This document shows, in pieces, positions 11,386 to 21,776 of a stretch of 64,000 nucleotides of DNA (positions within the stretch are counted from its first letter, which is position 1; every line of letters starts with the position of its first letter). The DNA is from Obrimoposthia wandeli (lineage: Eukaryota). The stretch lies in the NCBI GenBank assembly GCA_977020255.1, contig CDROCS010000506.1, positions 1,178,001 through 1,242,000 of the forward strand, read 5' to 3'. The notes beneath the pieces were generated by a model, which saw only the letters and a program-made list of their open reading frames with translations, was not told the DNA's origin and made no database searches. The position numbers were made by a program, and so were the translations under genes.

Positions 11386-12801
11386 ATGGCTAAATCACCC
11401 AATCTTACATTTTTCAAAACCGCGTTACGCAAACACCGCACCAGCCCGAAATTACTTTCTGCCAAACATGATCACATTGTTTTACCTATTATCTCGGCAT
11501 TGGTCGGAGGGGTGACGGGATTAATGATTGCCTTATTTGAAGCCGCCGTATTATGGACGAATAGTCAAAGATTAGAGATATTTAATCCTTTAAATCTACC
11601 TTCAAGTCTCAACATACTGTTAATCATGTTATTAAGCGGTGCCATGGTAGGTTTATCCTTTTGGCTAACCTTACGCTTTGCTCCTGAAGCATCTGGCAGT
11701 GGCATTACCCATATTGAAGGTGCACTTGATGATATGTATGACATTCGTTGGCGACGTTTATTACCGGTAAAATTAGTCGCAGGGACATTAGCAATCGCGT
11801 CGGGGATGATTTTTGGTCGTGCCGGCCCTGCGATTCAAATCGGTGGCACTGTAGGTCGTATGTTTGCTGATACCGCTAAGCGCTATACCAACTCTACCCA
11901 TATTTTGGTCGCTGCGGGTGCTGCTGCCGGTCTTGCCGCCGTGTTTAATGCACCACTCGCCGGTATTTTATTTGTTATTGAAGAAATGCGCCCGCATTTT
12001 CGCTACAACATGACCTCGATTAAATGCGTGACGCTCGCAGCCGCAATGGCAACCATTGTCATGCGCGCTTTTCATGGCCAAGATGCCGTCATGCCCCTCA
12101 TGCACTTTGATGTACCACCACTGACTTCACTGTGGTTGTTTCTATTATTAGGCAGTATTTTTGGGGTCATCGGGGTTTATTTCAACCGTTGGATAATCAG
12201 TAGCACTAAACTGTTAAAACGGAAGCAGAATAATAAAATGAGCCGGATCATTATTACCGGTATTTTATTTGGTTGCTTGTTTGCGCTACTGCAGTCGTTT
12301 GCACCCGATACCGCAGGTAATGGTCGAGACTTGATGGTGCGCATGATCCAAGAGCCAAGTACTTGGGCTATTTTAGTGGGATTATTTGTGGTCCGCTTAT
12401 TCGGCACCATCGCTTGTTTTGCATCTGGAGCGCCCGGTGGTGTATTCACTCCAATGCTGACATTAGGCACTTTATTTGGTTTAGCTTTTGGTGTCGTGGC
12501 TGCAGAACTCTTTCCCAGTTTTGTAGCAGAACCGACAGTTTACGCGATTGCAGGGATGGGCGCATTATTTGCCGCGACGGTCAGAGCGCCTGTAACAGGC
12601 ATCGTATTAGTGGTAGAAATGACCGACAGTTACGAACTTATTTTACCTTTACTCATCACCTGCCTTGGCGCTACGTTTGTTGCTCAAGCTATCGGTGGAA
12701 AACCACTTTATGCAGAATTATTAAAACTGTCATTACCAAAGCAAGAAGCAGACGAAAATATAGATAAGGATCCAGTTGTAACAACCTCTCCTACTGCTTA
12801 G
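11386..12801 (+). CDS. ClcA-like ClC chloride transporter with GRAGP in place of GREGP
   Basis: GSGITHIEG, GRAGPAIQIGG, AAVFNAPLAGILFVIEEMRP, GAPGGVFTP, PLY motifs; AGGTGG RBS before ATG 11386. Confidence 0.92.
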   Translation: MAKSPNLTFFKTALRKHRTSPKLLSAKHDHIVLPIISALVGGVTGLMIALFEAAVLWTNSQRLEIFNPLNLPSSLNILLIMLLSGAMVGLSFWLTLRFAPEASGSGITHIEGALDDMYDIRWRRLLPVKLVAGTLAIASGMIFGRAGPAIQIGGTVGRMFADTAKRYTNSTHILVAAGAAAGLAAVFNAPLAGILFVIEEMRPHFRYNMTSIKCVTLAAAMATIVMRAFHGQDAVMPLMHFDVPPLTSLWLFLLLGSIFGVIGVYFNRWIISSTKLLKRKQNNKMSRIIITGILFGCLFALLQSFAPDTAGNGRDLMVRMIQEPSTWAILVGLFVVRLFGTIACFASGAPGGVFTPMLTLGTLFGLAFGVVAAELFPSFVAEPTVYAIAGMGALFAATVRAPVTGIVLVVEMTDSYELILPLLITCLGATFVAQAIGGKPLYAELLKLSLPKQEADENIDKDPVVTTSPTA

Positions 12802-12850
12802 ATTAGCCTCACCATTTTGATGCCAAAGAAATCTATATCCCAGAAACAAC

Positions 12851-12876
12851 AAAAGCACCTACATAGGTGCTTTTTT
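12851..12876. terminator. Bidirectional terminator between clc and yfaZ
   Basis: AAAAGCACCT-ACAT-AGGTGCTTTTTT between convergent genes. Confidence 0.85.
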
Positions 12877-12916
12877 ACGTGCTATTAACTAGGAATTAAG
12901 TACTAAGTTTAAATAC

Positions 12917-13453
12917 TTAGAATACCCACGCTAGACCAAATAGAAAGTCACTTGTTAGACGTTCTTCTGGCATTTTCTCGTATTCAACCGTTGTATAGTT
13001 ATACTCAGCAAATAAAGTTGCCGTTGGTATTAACGCATAGCTAGCACGGAAAACCCACTGCGAGTAATTCTCTGTATCACCAAATGCTAGTATTTCAGGG
13101 CTATAATGAAATTCAGCTTCTAAGCTAAACTCTTCAGTTAAACGTAACCCACCTAAACCACCAAATGCTAATGCGTAACCATCGCCATTATCATTATCCA
13201 TTCGCATTGCTTTAGCACCAAGCTCAAAGAATGTCGCACCTGCATCTTGGAATGCGTAAAGACCAGTATCAACGGTATAACCATTATCGATAGTCTGTAG
13301 GAAATCACCTTTAATTTTCAGTGCTTCTTGCATTTCAACATCATAACCTAACACAATATTGTCGTTATTGAACGCAAGCGAAACATTTGATGCTGCACTA
13401 CTAAAGCTCGCTAATAACCCTGCAGTAATAATTAATGATTTTTTCAATGACAC
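12917..13453 (-). CDS. YfaZ-family outer-membrane beta-barrel protein
   Basis: Signal peptide, alternating beta-strand pattern, YSPEILAFGD motif, C-terminal aromatic F, 178 aa. Confidence 0.75.
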   Translation of the reverse strand: MSLKKSLIITAGLLASFSSAASNVSLAFNNDNIVLGYDVEMQEALKIKGDFLQTIDNGYTVDTGLYAFQDAGATFFELGAKAMRMDNDNGDGYALAFGGLGGLRLTEEFSLEAEFHYSPEILAFGDTENYSQWVFRASYALIPTATLFAEYNYTTVEYEKMPEERLTSDFLFGLAWVF

Positions 13454-13694
13454 TTTATTCTTCCCAATAGCAAATGAGTCTAATTACATTTAATGATAGT
13501 AAACGATTATTTATTTTCAGTTATAAAACTGTCGCCACTTCATACTTTATAATACTTTCGCACTATGCTACTTCATATTGCCTATTTATTACATATATAC
13601 ATAAATAAAAATCCACTGAAAATAGCAAGTTTAAACAATTTAATAATAAATATGGCCTAGGGTCTATCTTAATACTGGCAAAATAGATTAGAAT

Positions 13695-13726
13695 AGCCGT
13701 CTAGATGTTAAAACTTCTACACATAT
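13695..13726 (+). promoter_or_regulatory. Four tandem Met boxes (MetJ operator) upstream of metK
   Basis: AGCCGTCT AGATGTTA AAACTTCT ACACATAT = 7/8, 5/8, 6/8, 5/8 to AGACGTCT in an 8-bp register. Confidence 0.85.
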
Positions 13727-13774
13727 GAACGTATATTACGTCGGTTGTGTTTAAATAAAGAGAGAATTAAAACC

Positions 13775-14926
13775 ATGGCTAAACATTTGTTTACCTCTGA
13801 GTCAGTATCAGAAGGTCATCCTGATAAAATTGCAGACCAAATCTCCGATGCTGTACTTGATGCAATCATCGCTCAAGACCCTAAAGCACGTGTAGCCTGT
13901 GAGACTTATGTTAAAACAGGTATGGTTATGGTTGGCGGTGAAGTTACCACTAACGCTTGGGTTGATATCGAAGAAATCACCCGTAAAACTGTACGTGAAA
14001 TCGGTTACATCAACTCAGAAATGGGTTTTGACGCTGATTCTTGCGCAGTATTAAACACAATTGGTAAACAATCTCCTGATATCAATCAAGGTGTTGACCG
14101 TGATGATCCACTAGAACAGGGTGCTGGCGACCAAGGTTTAATGTTTGGTTATGCAAACAATGAAACTGAAGAGTTAATGCCTGCGCCAATTACTTACTCG
14201 CATAAATTGGTTAAACGCCAAGCTGAAGTACGTAAAAGTGGTGAACTTTCTTGGTTACGTCCTGATGCAAAAAGCCAAATCACATTTGCTTATGACGACG
14301 GTAAAATTGTTGGTATCGATGCAGTTGTTCTTTCAACTCAGCATTCTGAAGATATCAAACAAGCAGACCTTGTTGAAGCTGTGATGGAAACTATCATCAA
14401 GCCAGTACTACCAGAGCAATGGTTAAACAAAGACACTAAGTTCTTCATTAACCCAACAGGCCGTTTTGTTATCGGTGGCCCAGTAGGCGATTGTGGTCTA
14501 ACTGGTCGTAAAATTATCGTTGATACATACGGCGGCATGGCTCGTCACGGCGGCGGCGCATTCTCTGGTAAAGATCCTTCAAAAGTAGATCGTTCAGCAG
14601 CATACGCAGCACGTTATGTAGCTAAAAATATCGTAGCAGCTGGTCTTGCAGACCGTTGTGAAATCCAAGTTTCTTACGCTATTGGTGTTGCAGAACCAAC
14701 GTCAATCTCTGTTGAAACATTCGGTACAGGTAAAGTAAGCGAAGAGTTATTAATTCAACTTATTCGTGAACATTTTGAATTACGTCCACATGGTCTAATC
14801 AAAATGCTTGACCTTATGCGCCCAATCTACCAAAGCACTGCTGCTTATGGTCACTTCGGTCGTAGCGAATTCCCTTGGGAAGCGACAGACAAAGCTGAAA
14901 TCCTACGTGATGCAGCTGGTCTTTAA
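13775..14926 (+). CDS. metK: S-adenosylmethionine synthetase
   Basis: [28 protein letters not shown]. Confidence 0.98.
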   Translation: MAKHLFTSESVSEGHPDKIADQISDAVLDAIIAQDPKARVACETYVKTGMVMVGGEVTTNAWVDIEEITRKTVREIGYINSEMGFDADSCAVLNTIGKQSPDINQGVDRDDPLEQGAGDQGLMFGYANNETEELMPAPITYSHKLVKRQAEVRKSGELSWLRPDAKSQITFAYDDGKIVGIDAVVLSTQHSEDIKQADLVEAVMETIIKPVLPEQWLNKDTKFFINPTGRFVIGGPVGDCGLTGRKIIVDTYGGMARHGGGAFSGKDPSKVDRSAAYAARYVAKNIVAAGLADRCEIQVSYAIGVAEPTSISVETFGTGKVSEELLIQLIREHFELRPHGLIKMLDLMRPIYQSTAAYGHFGRSEFPWEATDKAEILRDAAGL

Positions 14927-14975
14927 TCAACACTAGTGTTTAGCTAACAGTTGATAGCTTTTAATTAGACAGTAA

Positions 14976-15012
14976 GAGGCGCTTTTGGTAATTTAACCAA
15001 AGCGCCTTTTTT
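14976..15012 (+). terminator. Terminator after metK
   Basis: AGGCGCTTT..GGT/ACC..AAAGCGCCT followed by a T-tract. Confidence 0.75.
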
Positions 15013-15025
15013 ATAGATATCGATA

Positions 15026-15541
15026 ATGTCTGACGACTTACTACAAACAAACCTAACAGCTCAAATGCTAGAACAATTAGTATTAGATAAGATCACAGCC
15101 TGTTATCACCAAGCCGAACAACGCTTAAACCGAACTTTCCCCCGCCCTATTATTAATTTCAAGCAACGTGGTAAAGCGGCCGGTAGCGCCCGATTACAAA
15201 CCAATGAATTACGCTTTAATCCTATTTTATTGCAAGAAAACCAACAACACTTTATAACACATACCGTCCCACATGAAGTTGCGCATCTATTAACGTATCA
15301 AGTTTATGGTCGTACTAAGCCACACGGAAAAGAGTGGCAACAAATGATGAATCGAGTATTTGATCTCGCAGCCAAAACCACACACCAATATGATGTCGCC
15401 AGCGTTAAAGGCAAAACCTTTACCTATGCTTGTCAGTGCACAGATCATCAACTCACGATTCGACGTCATAATAAAATTATACGTGATAACATCAAATATA
15501 TTTGTCGTTTATGCAAGAAAAGTTTAACCATAAAATATTAA
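15026..15541 (+). CDS. sprT: SprT-family zinc metalloprotease
   Basis: HEVAH zinc motif, PHGKEW, C-x-C...HNK...C-xx-C; follows metK. Confidence 0.93.
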   Translation: MSDDLLQTNLTAQMLEQLVLDKITACYHQAEQRLNRTFPRPIINFKQRGKAAGSARLQTNELRFNPILLQENQQHFITHTVPHEVAHLLTYQVYGRTKPHGKEWQQMMNRVFDLAAKTTHQYDVASVKGKTFTYACQCTDHQLTIRRHNKIIRDNIKYICRLCKKSLTIKY

Positions 15542-15692
15542 ATCACACTTAATAACAATAAGTTAACTTAAGTCTACAGAAGTGACAACTTGTTTGATAA
15601 TAATCTAAAAAATTAACTTATATAGGTGTATTTATCTAATTTCATCAGATAAAATAACGCTATACACACCATTGTGATTAGGGAACTAGGTT

Positions 15693-15923
15693 ATGACTCA
15701 CACGTTAGATACTGCTAAATCAACCGATTATGAAATGGAAAAACTGATAACAGCAGTTTTAAAGCGTAACACCAGCCAAGCAGAGCAAATTGCTCGTACT
15801 CTCGATCTTAGCGCTTTATCAATTTCTCAACGTATTTTCATGGCTAAATCCGGTGTGTTAAAAGAAAAAATGCTAATCGATTCTGATATCGCCGTCCGTT
15901 ACGCTGCGTCTCGCGCAAACTAA
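15693..15923 (+). CDS. Small hypothetical protein (76 aa)
   Basis: ATG with purine-rich RBS and its own terminator at 15943; no recognised family. Confidence 0.65.
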   Translation: MTHTLDTAKSTDYEMEKLITAVLKRNTSQAEQIARTLDLSALSISQRIFMAKSGVLKEKMLIDSDIAVRYAASRAN

Positions 15924-15942
15924 TTACGTCGAAGTCGAATCT

Positions 15943-15974
15943 AAAGAGCAGTTGTTATCATCTGCTCTTTTTTT
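15943..15974 (+). terminator. Terminator after the 76-aa gene
   Basis: AAAGAGCAG...CTGCTCTTTTTTT. Confidence 0.8.
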
Positions 15975-16191
15975 ATGTCTACTTTTTAGCGCTCCTTTTT
16001 ATACCGTCACGTCCCTGCGTAGACTCAAAAATTTAGTTTAGCCTGTCCCCCTTTTCAAATTACCTATTTCAGCATCATCATGCGTTGTTATTAAATAAAC
16101 CCTGCAATTACAAACCACACTCATCTCACCATCCTATCGTCTTGTTTTAGCTGTGCTACAATGTTGAATTATTACATTGGAGCAGTCTGTA

Positions 16192-16950
16192 ATGTTAAAA
16201 CAACTCAGTATTATGGTTATATCAACCACATTATTAATCCCTTCTTTCTCCTATGCGTCTGACAACGGCAATCAAACTAACCAATCTTTTAGTAAAGCTA
16301 AAAAAATGCTTGAACGAGAGGTCTATACACAAGTACCGAAACTGACTATCTATTGTCAGGCTGATTTTAATAAAAAAAAGAAGATCACTGATCACAATGG
16401 TTTTACATCAACAAAGCATGTGAAACGTCAGGCTAAAGTGGAATGGGAACATGTCGTTCCAGCTGAGAATTTCGGACGTAATTTTAAAGAGTGGCGTGAA
16501 GGTAATAGTGCTTGTGTAAATAGCAAAGGTAAGCATTTTAAAGGTCGTCGCTGCGCTGAAAAAGTAAATATCCCTTACCGTTATATGCAAGCTGATATGT
16601 ACAATCTCTACCCTGCGATTGGCGCTGTTAATGCCCTGCGCAGTAACTATAACTTTGCTAGTTCTGTCAGTGCAGAAAAAAATCAATTTGGACGCTGCCC
16701 AATCAAGATAAAAAGTAAAACAGTGCAGCCGCCCAATTATGCCAAAGGTGAAATAGCCCGCGCGTATCTGTATATGGAATCAGCTTACCCTGGATACAAG
16801 ATAGGTAGACAAAAGCGTGAGTTGCAAGCCTGGGATAAACAATATCCGGTAACGGCAAGCGAATGTCGCCGCACTCAGTTAATCGAAAGCTTACAAGGTA
16901 ACGAAAACCGAGTGGTTAAATCTGCCTGTTTAGATCGTGGATTATGGTAG
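16192..16950 (+). CDS. endA: Endonuclease I (periplasmic/extracellular DNase)
   Basis: Signal peptide, SFSKAKK, EWEHVVPA, DMYNLYPAIGAVNALRSNY, GEIARAYLYM, QGNEN. Confidence 0.92.
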   Translation: MLKQLSIMVISTTLLIPSFSYASDNGNQTNQSFSKAKKMLEREVYTQVPKLTIYCQADFNKKKKITDHNGFTSTKHVKRQAKVEWEHVVPAENFGRNFKEWREGNSACVNSKGKHFKGRRCAEKVNIPYRYMQADMYNLYPAIGAVNALRSNYNFASSVSAEKNQFGRCPIKIKSKTVQPPNYAKGEIARAYLYMESAYPGYKIGRQKRELQAWDKQYPVTASECRRTQLIESLQGNENRVVKSACLDRGLW

Positions 16951-16952
16951 GA

Positions 16953-17199
16953 AAAATAGCGCCAAGGTCTACCCAACTGTCTTTGTAGACTTCCACTGTC
17001 TAACTCAGCGTGGTTCACGCCAATCCATTTTTGTAATCCCTATAACTGCTTAAATGGGATCACACCACTGATAACACTGCCGTCAGCAATCGCGACACGG
17101 CAGTTTCTTTCTTTATATTGCGCTAATACATGCGGTATTGCCATTTTATTTGGGCTACCAATTTGAGTTGTAAACCCAAGAATATCGTACTTGATGGCA
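16953..17199 (-). pseudogene. Possible degraded coding remnant
   Basis: About 80 codons open except one TAG (17040-17042), no start; reads AIKYDILGFTTQIGSPNKMAIPHVLAQ...ADGSVISGVIP; more GC-rich than neighbouring intergenic DNA. Confidence 0.25.
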
Positions 17200-17337
17200 T
17201 TACTTTACCTTTAATATGACATCTAATTTTTAGTGATTATCATTAAATTATAATAAAAATAAAGAGTAAAAATAAAAGTAAACACAAAGGATTATGCCTA
17301 GACGCTCATTTTTAATTATTCTAATTAATAATCTGAT

Positions 17338-17760
17338 TCATATATTAGGCATGTGAAGCTCCATATACACCTCTGGTGAGGCTAAGGCTGTAAATCCAAA
17401 TTTGTGATACAGACCATGCGCGTCACTGGTTGCTAGCAGCATACGCCTAAGTCCCTGCAATTCAGGGTGAGCAATTATAGCGGCCATGAGCAATTTACTT
17501 AAGCCTTGACCTTGATGTGCTTCGAGTATGAATACATCCGCTAAATAGGCAAAGGTTGCCTTATCGGTGATCATACGCGCAAACCCCACTTGCTCACCAG
17601 CTTGGGTAAATACACCAAAGCATAACGAGTTTTCTAGCGAACGCTGCAACGTGGCCATCGGAATTCCTTTTGCCCAATATGACGCTGAAATAAATCCATG
17701 GATAACATCTAGATCCATATCAGCAAAATTAGTGCTGACGTTATAAGCTTCATCCATCAT
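17338..17760 (-). CDS. GNAT-family N-acetyltransferase
   Basis: QVGFARMITDKATFAYLADVFIL, HQGQGLSK motif A, AHGLYHKFGF. Confidence 0.92.
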   Translation of the reverse strand: MMDEAYNVSTNFADMDLDVIHGFISASYWAKGIPMATLQRSLENSLCFGVFTQAGEQVGFARMITDKATFAYLADVFILEAHQGQGLSKLLMAAIIAHPELQGLRRMLLATSDAHGLYHKFGFTALASPEVYMELHMPNI

Positions 17761-17865
17761 TATTACCTTCCTTATTACTTAAATTGCTAGCAGCCATTAA
17801 TACTTAACACCCATTTAAGGTTACAATAACCTATATAATAACTTTATTGTTAACAAAGGATTGCC

Positions 17866-19155
17866 ATGAAAATTGATCTCACATTAAGCGGCTTAGTTGC
17901 ACAGAAGTACACATTCACCTTGCCACTTGATTACAACAAACCTGACGGTGACAAGGTTGAGGTATTTGTACGCGAACTTGTCGCATCAGATAAACAAGAT
18001 CAAGACCTGCCATATTTGGTTTATTTTCAAGGTGGTCCAGGGTTTGGCGCGGTACGTCCGATGGCTAATGCCGGTTGGATCAAACGTGCATTACAAGGGT
18101 ATCGTGTATTACTGTTAGATCAGCGTGGCACTGGGCTATCGACACCAATTAGCTCAGTGAGTCTTGCCCATTTGACGCCAAGTGAACAAGCTAATTATCT
18201 TGCCCATTTTCGTGCTGATAATATCGTCCGTGATGCTGAAGCTATACGCGCTCAATTATCACCGTTTAATACCTGGAGTATTATTGGCCAAAGCTTTGGT
18301 GGTTTCTGTGTATTACGTTATTTAACTGCCGCACCAGAAGGTTTAACACAAGCTTTTGTGACTGGCGGATTACCCTCACTAACACGCCCTGCTACAGAAG
18401 TTTATCAAGCAACTTATAAACGTGTGTTAGCAAAGAATAATGACTTCTTTAAGCGTTTTAATGACGCGCAAGATCTTGTAACGGCATTAGCGACACATAT
18501 TAGTGAACACGATACTTACCTTGCGACAGGCGAGAAACTGACGGTTGAAATGTTGCAACTACTTGGTGTCAACATTGGTATGGAAGAAGGCCCTGAAGCG
18601 GTTTATTATTTACTTGAACAAGCACTTATCACTACGCCAAGTGGCACACAAGTCAACCCACTGTTCTTAGCGCAGTTCTGTCAGTTCCTTGATTTCAATA
18701 CCAACCCGATCTTTGCCGTGCTACACGAATCTATCTATTGCCAACAACAAGCATCAAATTGGGCTGCGCATACTGTTCGCGCTGATCATGATGAATTTAA
18801 TTATAAGCCGGGTCAGCCGTTCTTATTCACTGGTGAAATGATTTATCCATGGATGTTCGAGCAATTTAATAACTTAAAACCACTGCAAGCAGCGGCGCAA
18901 CAGTTAGCTGGTAAACAAGATTGGTCAGATCTTTACGATCTTGATGTCCTTAAAAACAATCAAGTACCCGTGGCAGCTGCTATCTATAGCGAAGACATGT
19001 ATGTAGAAATGCAATACAGCCTAGAAACCGCTGCGTGCGTTAATAACCTCAAATACTGGTTAACGTCAGAGTTCGAACACAACGGTATTCGTATGGACGG
19101 TGATAAAGTACTAAGTAAGCTTATCGACCTAAATAATGGCGTTACGCTGCGCTAA
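17866..19155 (+). CDS. Prolyl aminopeptidase-like alpha/beta hydrolase
   Basis: FQGGPG, LDQRGTGLS, GQSFGG nucleophile elbow, DMYV, HNG. Confidence 0.88.
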   Translation: MKIDLTLSGLVAQKYTFTLPLDYNKPDGDKVEVFVRELVASDKQDQDLPYLVYFQGGPGFGAVRPMANAGWIKRALQGYRVLLLDQRGTGLSTPISSVSLAHLTPSEQANYLAHFRADNIVRDAEAIRAQLSPFNTWSIIGQSFGGFCVLRYLTAAPEGLTQAFVTGGLPSLTRPATEVYQATYKRVLAKNNDFFKRFNDAQDLVTALATHISEHDTYLATGEKLTVEMLQLLGVNIGMEEGPEAVYYLLEQALITTPSGTQVNPLFLAQFCQFLDFNTNPIFAVLHESIYCQQQASNWAAHTVRADHDEFNYKPGQPFLFTGEMIYPWMFEQFNNLKPLQAAAQQLAGKQDWSDLYDLDVLKNNQVPVAAAIYSEDMYVEMQYSLETAACVNNLKYWLTSEFEHNGIRMDGDKVLSKLIDLNNGVTLR

Positions 19156-19160
19156 CCACA

Positions 19161-20099
19161 TCATTGAAACTTTTCAGCCTGCTGCTGTAACCAAGCTAAT
19201 AACACCTTAACGCGCGGGTTAGGTGTTATGTCTGCGCTATATACCGCGTGATATTGATACGTGGCAGGGCTAATGAGCGCAGGAAAGGGCGCGATTAATT
19301 CACCACTGCGTAAATGTTTATCAACTAGACGTTTACGGCCAATCGCCAAACCGGCATTATTGATCGCGGCGACCATCGCCAAATCAGAACGATCAAAGCT
19401 TAAACCGCGATTATAATTAACGTCACTTATCTGATAACGCTCGACCCATTCTAACCATTCGGCATTATAAGCCGCTTGCGGCCAAGCCTTACAATCATGC
19501 AATAAACTGCAATGACGAATATTTTCGGGGTTACCTATCAGATTGTGTAGTTCAGCATAAGCCGGAGAGCAGACTGGCGTGACTTCCTCTGACATTAATT
19601 CAATGTTCGATAAGCCAGGAAAAGGGCCCGAGGTATAATAAAGCGCAACATCAATAAATTCGGTTTGAAAGTTAATATCATCATTACCGGTAAGAATATC
19701 CAACTGAATAGCCGGATACTGGCGATGAAAGTCATGGATCCGCGGTACTAGCCAGCACAATGAAATCGACGGTCGAGCATAGATTGTCAGACGACCAGAT
19801 AACTCATTACTGCGAATATCATTTAACTCTTCATCCAATGAATTAAATAACTGCTCGCAACTGCGGCACAACCGCGCGCCCTCACCTGTCAATTTAAGCT
19901 GTTTATGCAAACGATGAAATAGCTTAAAACCAAGCTCTTGCTCCAACTTGGCAATACGATGACTCACGGCACTAGGAGTGAGGCACAAAACCTCCGCCGC
20001 TTGTGTAAATGACCCGTACTGCGCAGCTTTTACAAAGGTATCTAGGTTAGCTAATTGGCTACCGCTAAATTGTTTAGGACTGGCGAATGTTAATTCCAT
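19161..20099 (-). CDS. dsdC: LysR regulator DsdC
   Basis: LysR HTH (SFTQAAEVLCLTPSAVSHRI), CWLVPR, SFDRSDLA; adjacent to dsdA. Confidence 0.85.
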   Translation of the reverse strand: MELTFASPKQFSGSQLANLDTFVKAAQYGSFTQAAEVLCLTPSAVSHRIAKLEQELGFKLFHRLHKQLKLTGEGARLCRSCEQLFNSLDEELNDIRSNELSGRLTIYARPSISLCWLVPRIHDFHRQYPAIQLDILTGNDDINFQTEFIDVALYYTSGPFPGLSNIELMSEEVTPVCSPAYAELHNLIGNPENIRHCSLLHDCKAWPQAAYNAEWLEWVERYQISDVNYNRGLSFDRSDLAMVAAINNAGLAIGRKRLVDKHLRSGELIAPFPALISPATYQYHAVYSADITPNPRVKVLLAWLQQQAEKFQ

Positions 20100-20211
20100 G
20101 ACTTAATACCCATGCTTCCTATATCGCTGGGATAACAAAACCGAGTCCTAAGAAAAATATCATTGAAATATTGTAACGCAGTATTGTTATTCATATCAAG
20201 CGAAGGCAGGC

Positions 20212-21543
20212 TCAGCTTTTAGCTTGTTGTAAATAAGCAGTCATTTCCGACTCTGGCACCATACCACCGCCAGTAGCCCAGACTAAATGGGTCGCATTCG
20301 CTAATTTATCATCAAGTTGCATTCGAGCAAGGTAATCAGCATTATTGGTCACATGGACAATACCGGGCATACCAGCCAGTGCAGAAGGCTCTAATTTAAG
20401 CAGTTCAGTCTCATGTATCAGCCCTAATAACTGATACATATCGGCATCTGTTAACGTAATATAGCCATCTAACATTCGTTCCATTGCTTTGCCAATAAAG
20501 CCCGAAGCGCGACCAACAGCAAGGCCGTCTGCAGCAGTGACATTATCGATACCAAGATCTTGCACCGAGATCTGATCATGCAGCCCAGTATAAACGCCTA
20601 ACAACATACTCGGAGAATGAGTCGGTTCGGCAAAAATACAATGCACATGATCGCCAAAAGCTAATTTAAGACCAAACGCAACGCCACCAGGGCCACCACC
20701 AACACCACAAGGTAAGTAAACAAATAACGGATGCTCGGCATCAACCACGACCCCTTGTTCATCAAACTGCTGCTTTAAGCGCTCTCCAGCAACGGCATAA
20801 CCTAAGAACAGCGACGTCGAGTTTTCATCATCAATAAAATGACAGAACGGATCTTGCAGTGCTTCTTCACGACCGTGTTCGACCGCAATGCTGTAGTCAG
20901 ATTGATACTCAACCACATTCACGCCATGCTGACGCAAGCGATCTTTTTTCCACTGTCTTGCATCGGCAGACATATGCACACTAACTTGAAAGCCTAAACT
21001 GGCACCTATAATACCAATCGATAACCCTAGGTTACCTGTTGAGCCGACTGCAATTTTATATTGGCTAAAAAATGCCTTAAACTTTGGCGAATTAATTTTA
21101 CTATAATCATCATCGATACGCAGTATGCCCGCTGACATGGCCAATTTTTCTGCATGCTGCAGTACTTCATAAATACCACCTCGCGCTTTAATTGAGCCCG
21201 AGATTGGTAATTGCGCATCAAGTTTAATCATCATGCGTCCAAGTAAATCAACCTGATAGTGTTTACCTAACGCCGCTTGCATCAGCGGTATAGCCTGCAA
21301 TGGAGACTCTATAATACCGTTACTTTCTTGTGTCTCAGGAAATGCCAGGCATAGAAAAGGCGCAAAACGTAATAGGCGATCACTGGCATCTTGTACATCA
21401 AGCGCGGTTAAGCCAACATAAGGTAAAGCCTCGACATAGCTCGTTACCTTCGGATTGAACCAACTCAGCGGTTGAAGATCTATCAGTAATTCCAGCAATG
21501 GAAACTCATTTATTAGTTGTATTATTCGCGTATTGTTCATCAC
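20212..21543 (-). CDS. dsdA: D-serine ammonia-lyase
   Basis: [17 protein letters not shown] (PLP Lys), [32 protein letters not shown]. Confidence 0.95.
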   Translation of the reverse strand: MMNNTRIIQLINEFPLLELLIDLQPLSWFNPKVTSYVEALPYVGLTALDVQDASDRLLRFAPFLCLAFPETQESNGIIESPLQAIPLMQAALGKHYQVDLLGRMMIKLDAQLPISGSIKARGGIYEVLQHAEKLAMSAGILRIDDDYSKINSPKFKAFFSQYKIAVGSTGNLGLSIGIIGASLGFQVSVHMSADARQWKKDRLRQHGVNVVEYQSDYSIAVEHGREEALQDPFCHFIDDENSTSLFLGYAVAGERLKQQFDEQGVVVDAEHPLFVYLPCGVGGGPGGVAFGLKLAFGDHVHCIFAEPTHSPSMLLGVYTGLHDQISVQDLGIDNVTAADGLAVGRASGFIGKAMERMLDGYITLTDADMYQLLGLIHETELLKLEPSALAGMPGIVHVTNNADYLARMQLDDKLANATHLVWATGGGMVPESEMTAYLQQAKS

Positions 21544-21776
21544 ATGCTCTTAATTAAACGATTAAAAATAGTATGCATTGACTCTGCTAGTACGAACAAA
21601 GGATCAATTTTTAGCCTTAGGATGAATCTGACGATGCCATAAATGCGACAATCGTCACCTCGATGACAACATCCATAAGCAACTATTTTTTTTGTTAACC
21701 GATAAATTTCATCTGCTCATAAAAAAAGTGGGTATAATCATTTTATTAACTACATATTTAAATAAAGGTAACCAGC

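Noticed and set aside
11228-11515. 95-aa ORF overlapping the clc start
   Set aside because: TTG start, no RBS, AT-rich composition, overlaps a real gene.
17240-17290. AATAAA-type repeats (also 23490-23520)
   Set aside because: Ordinary low-complexity intergenic sequence.
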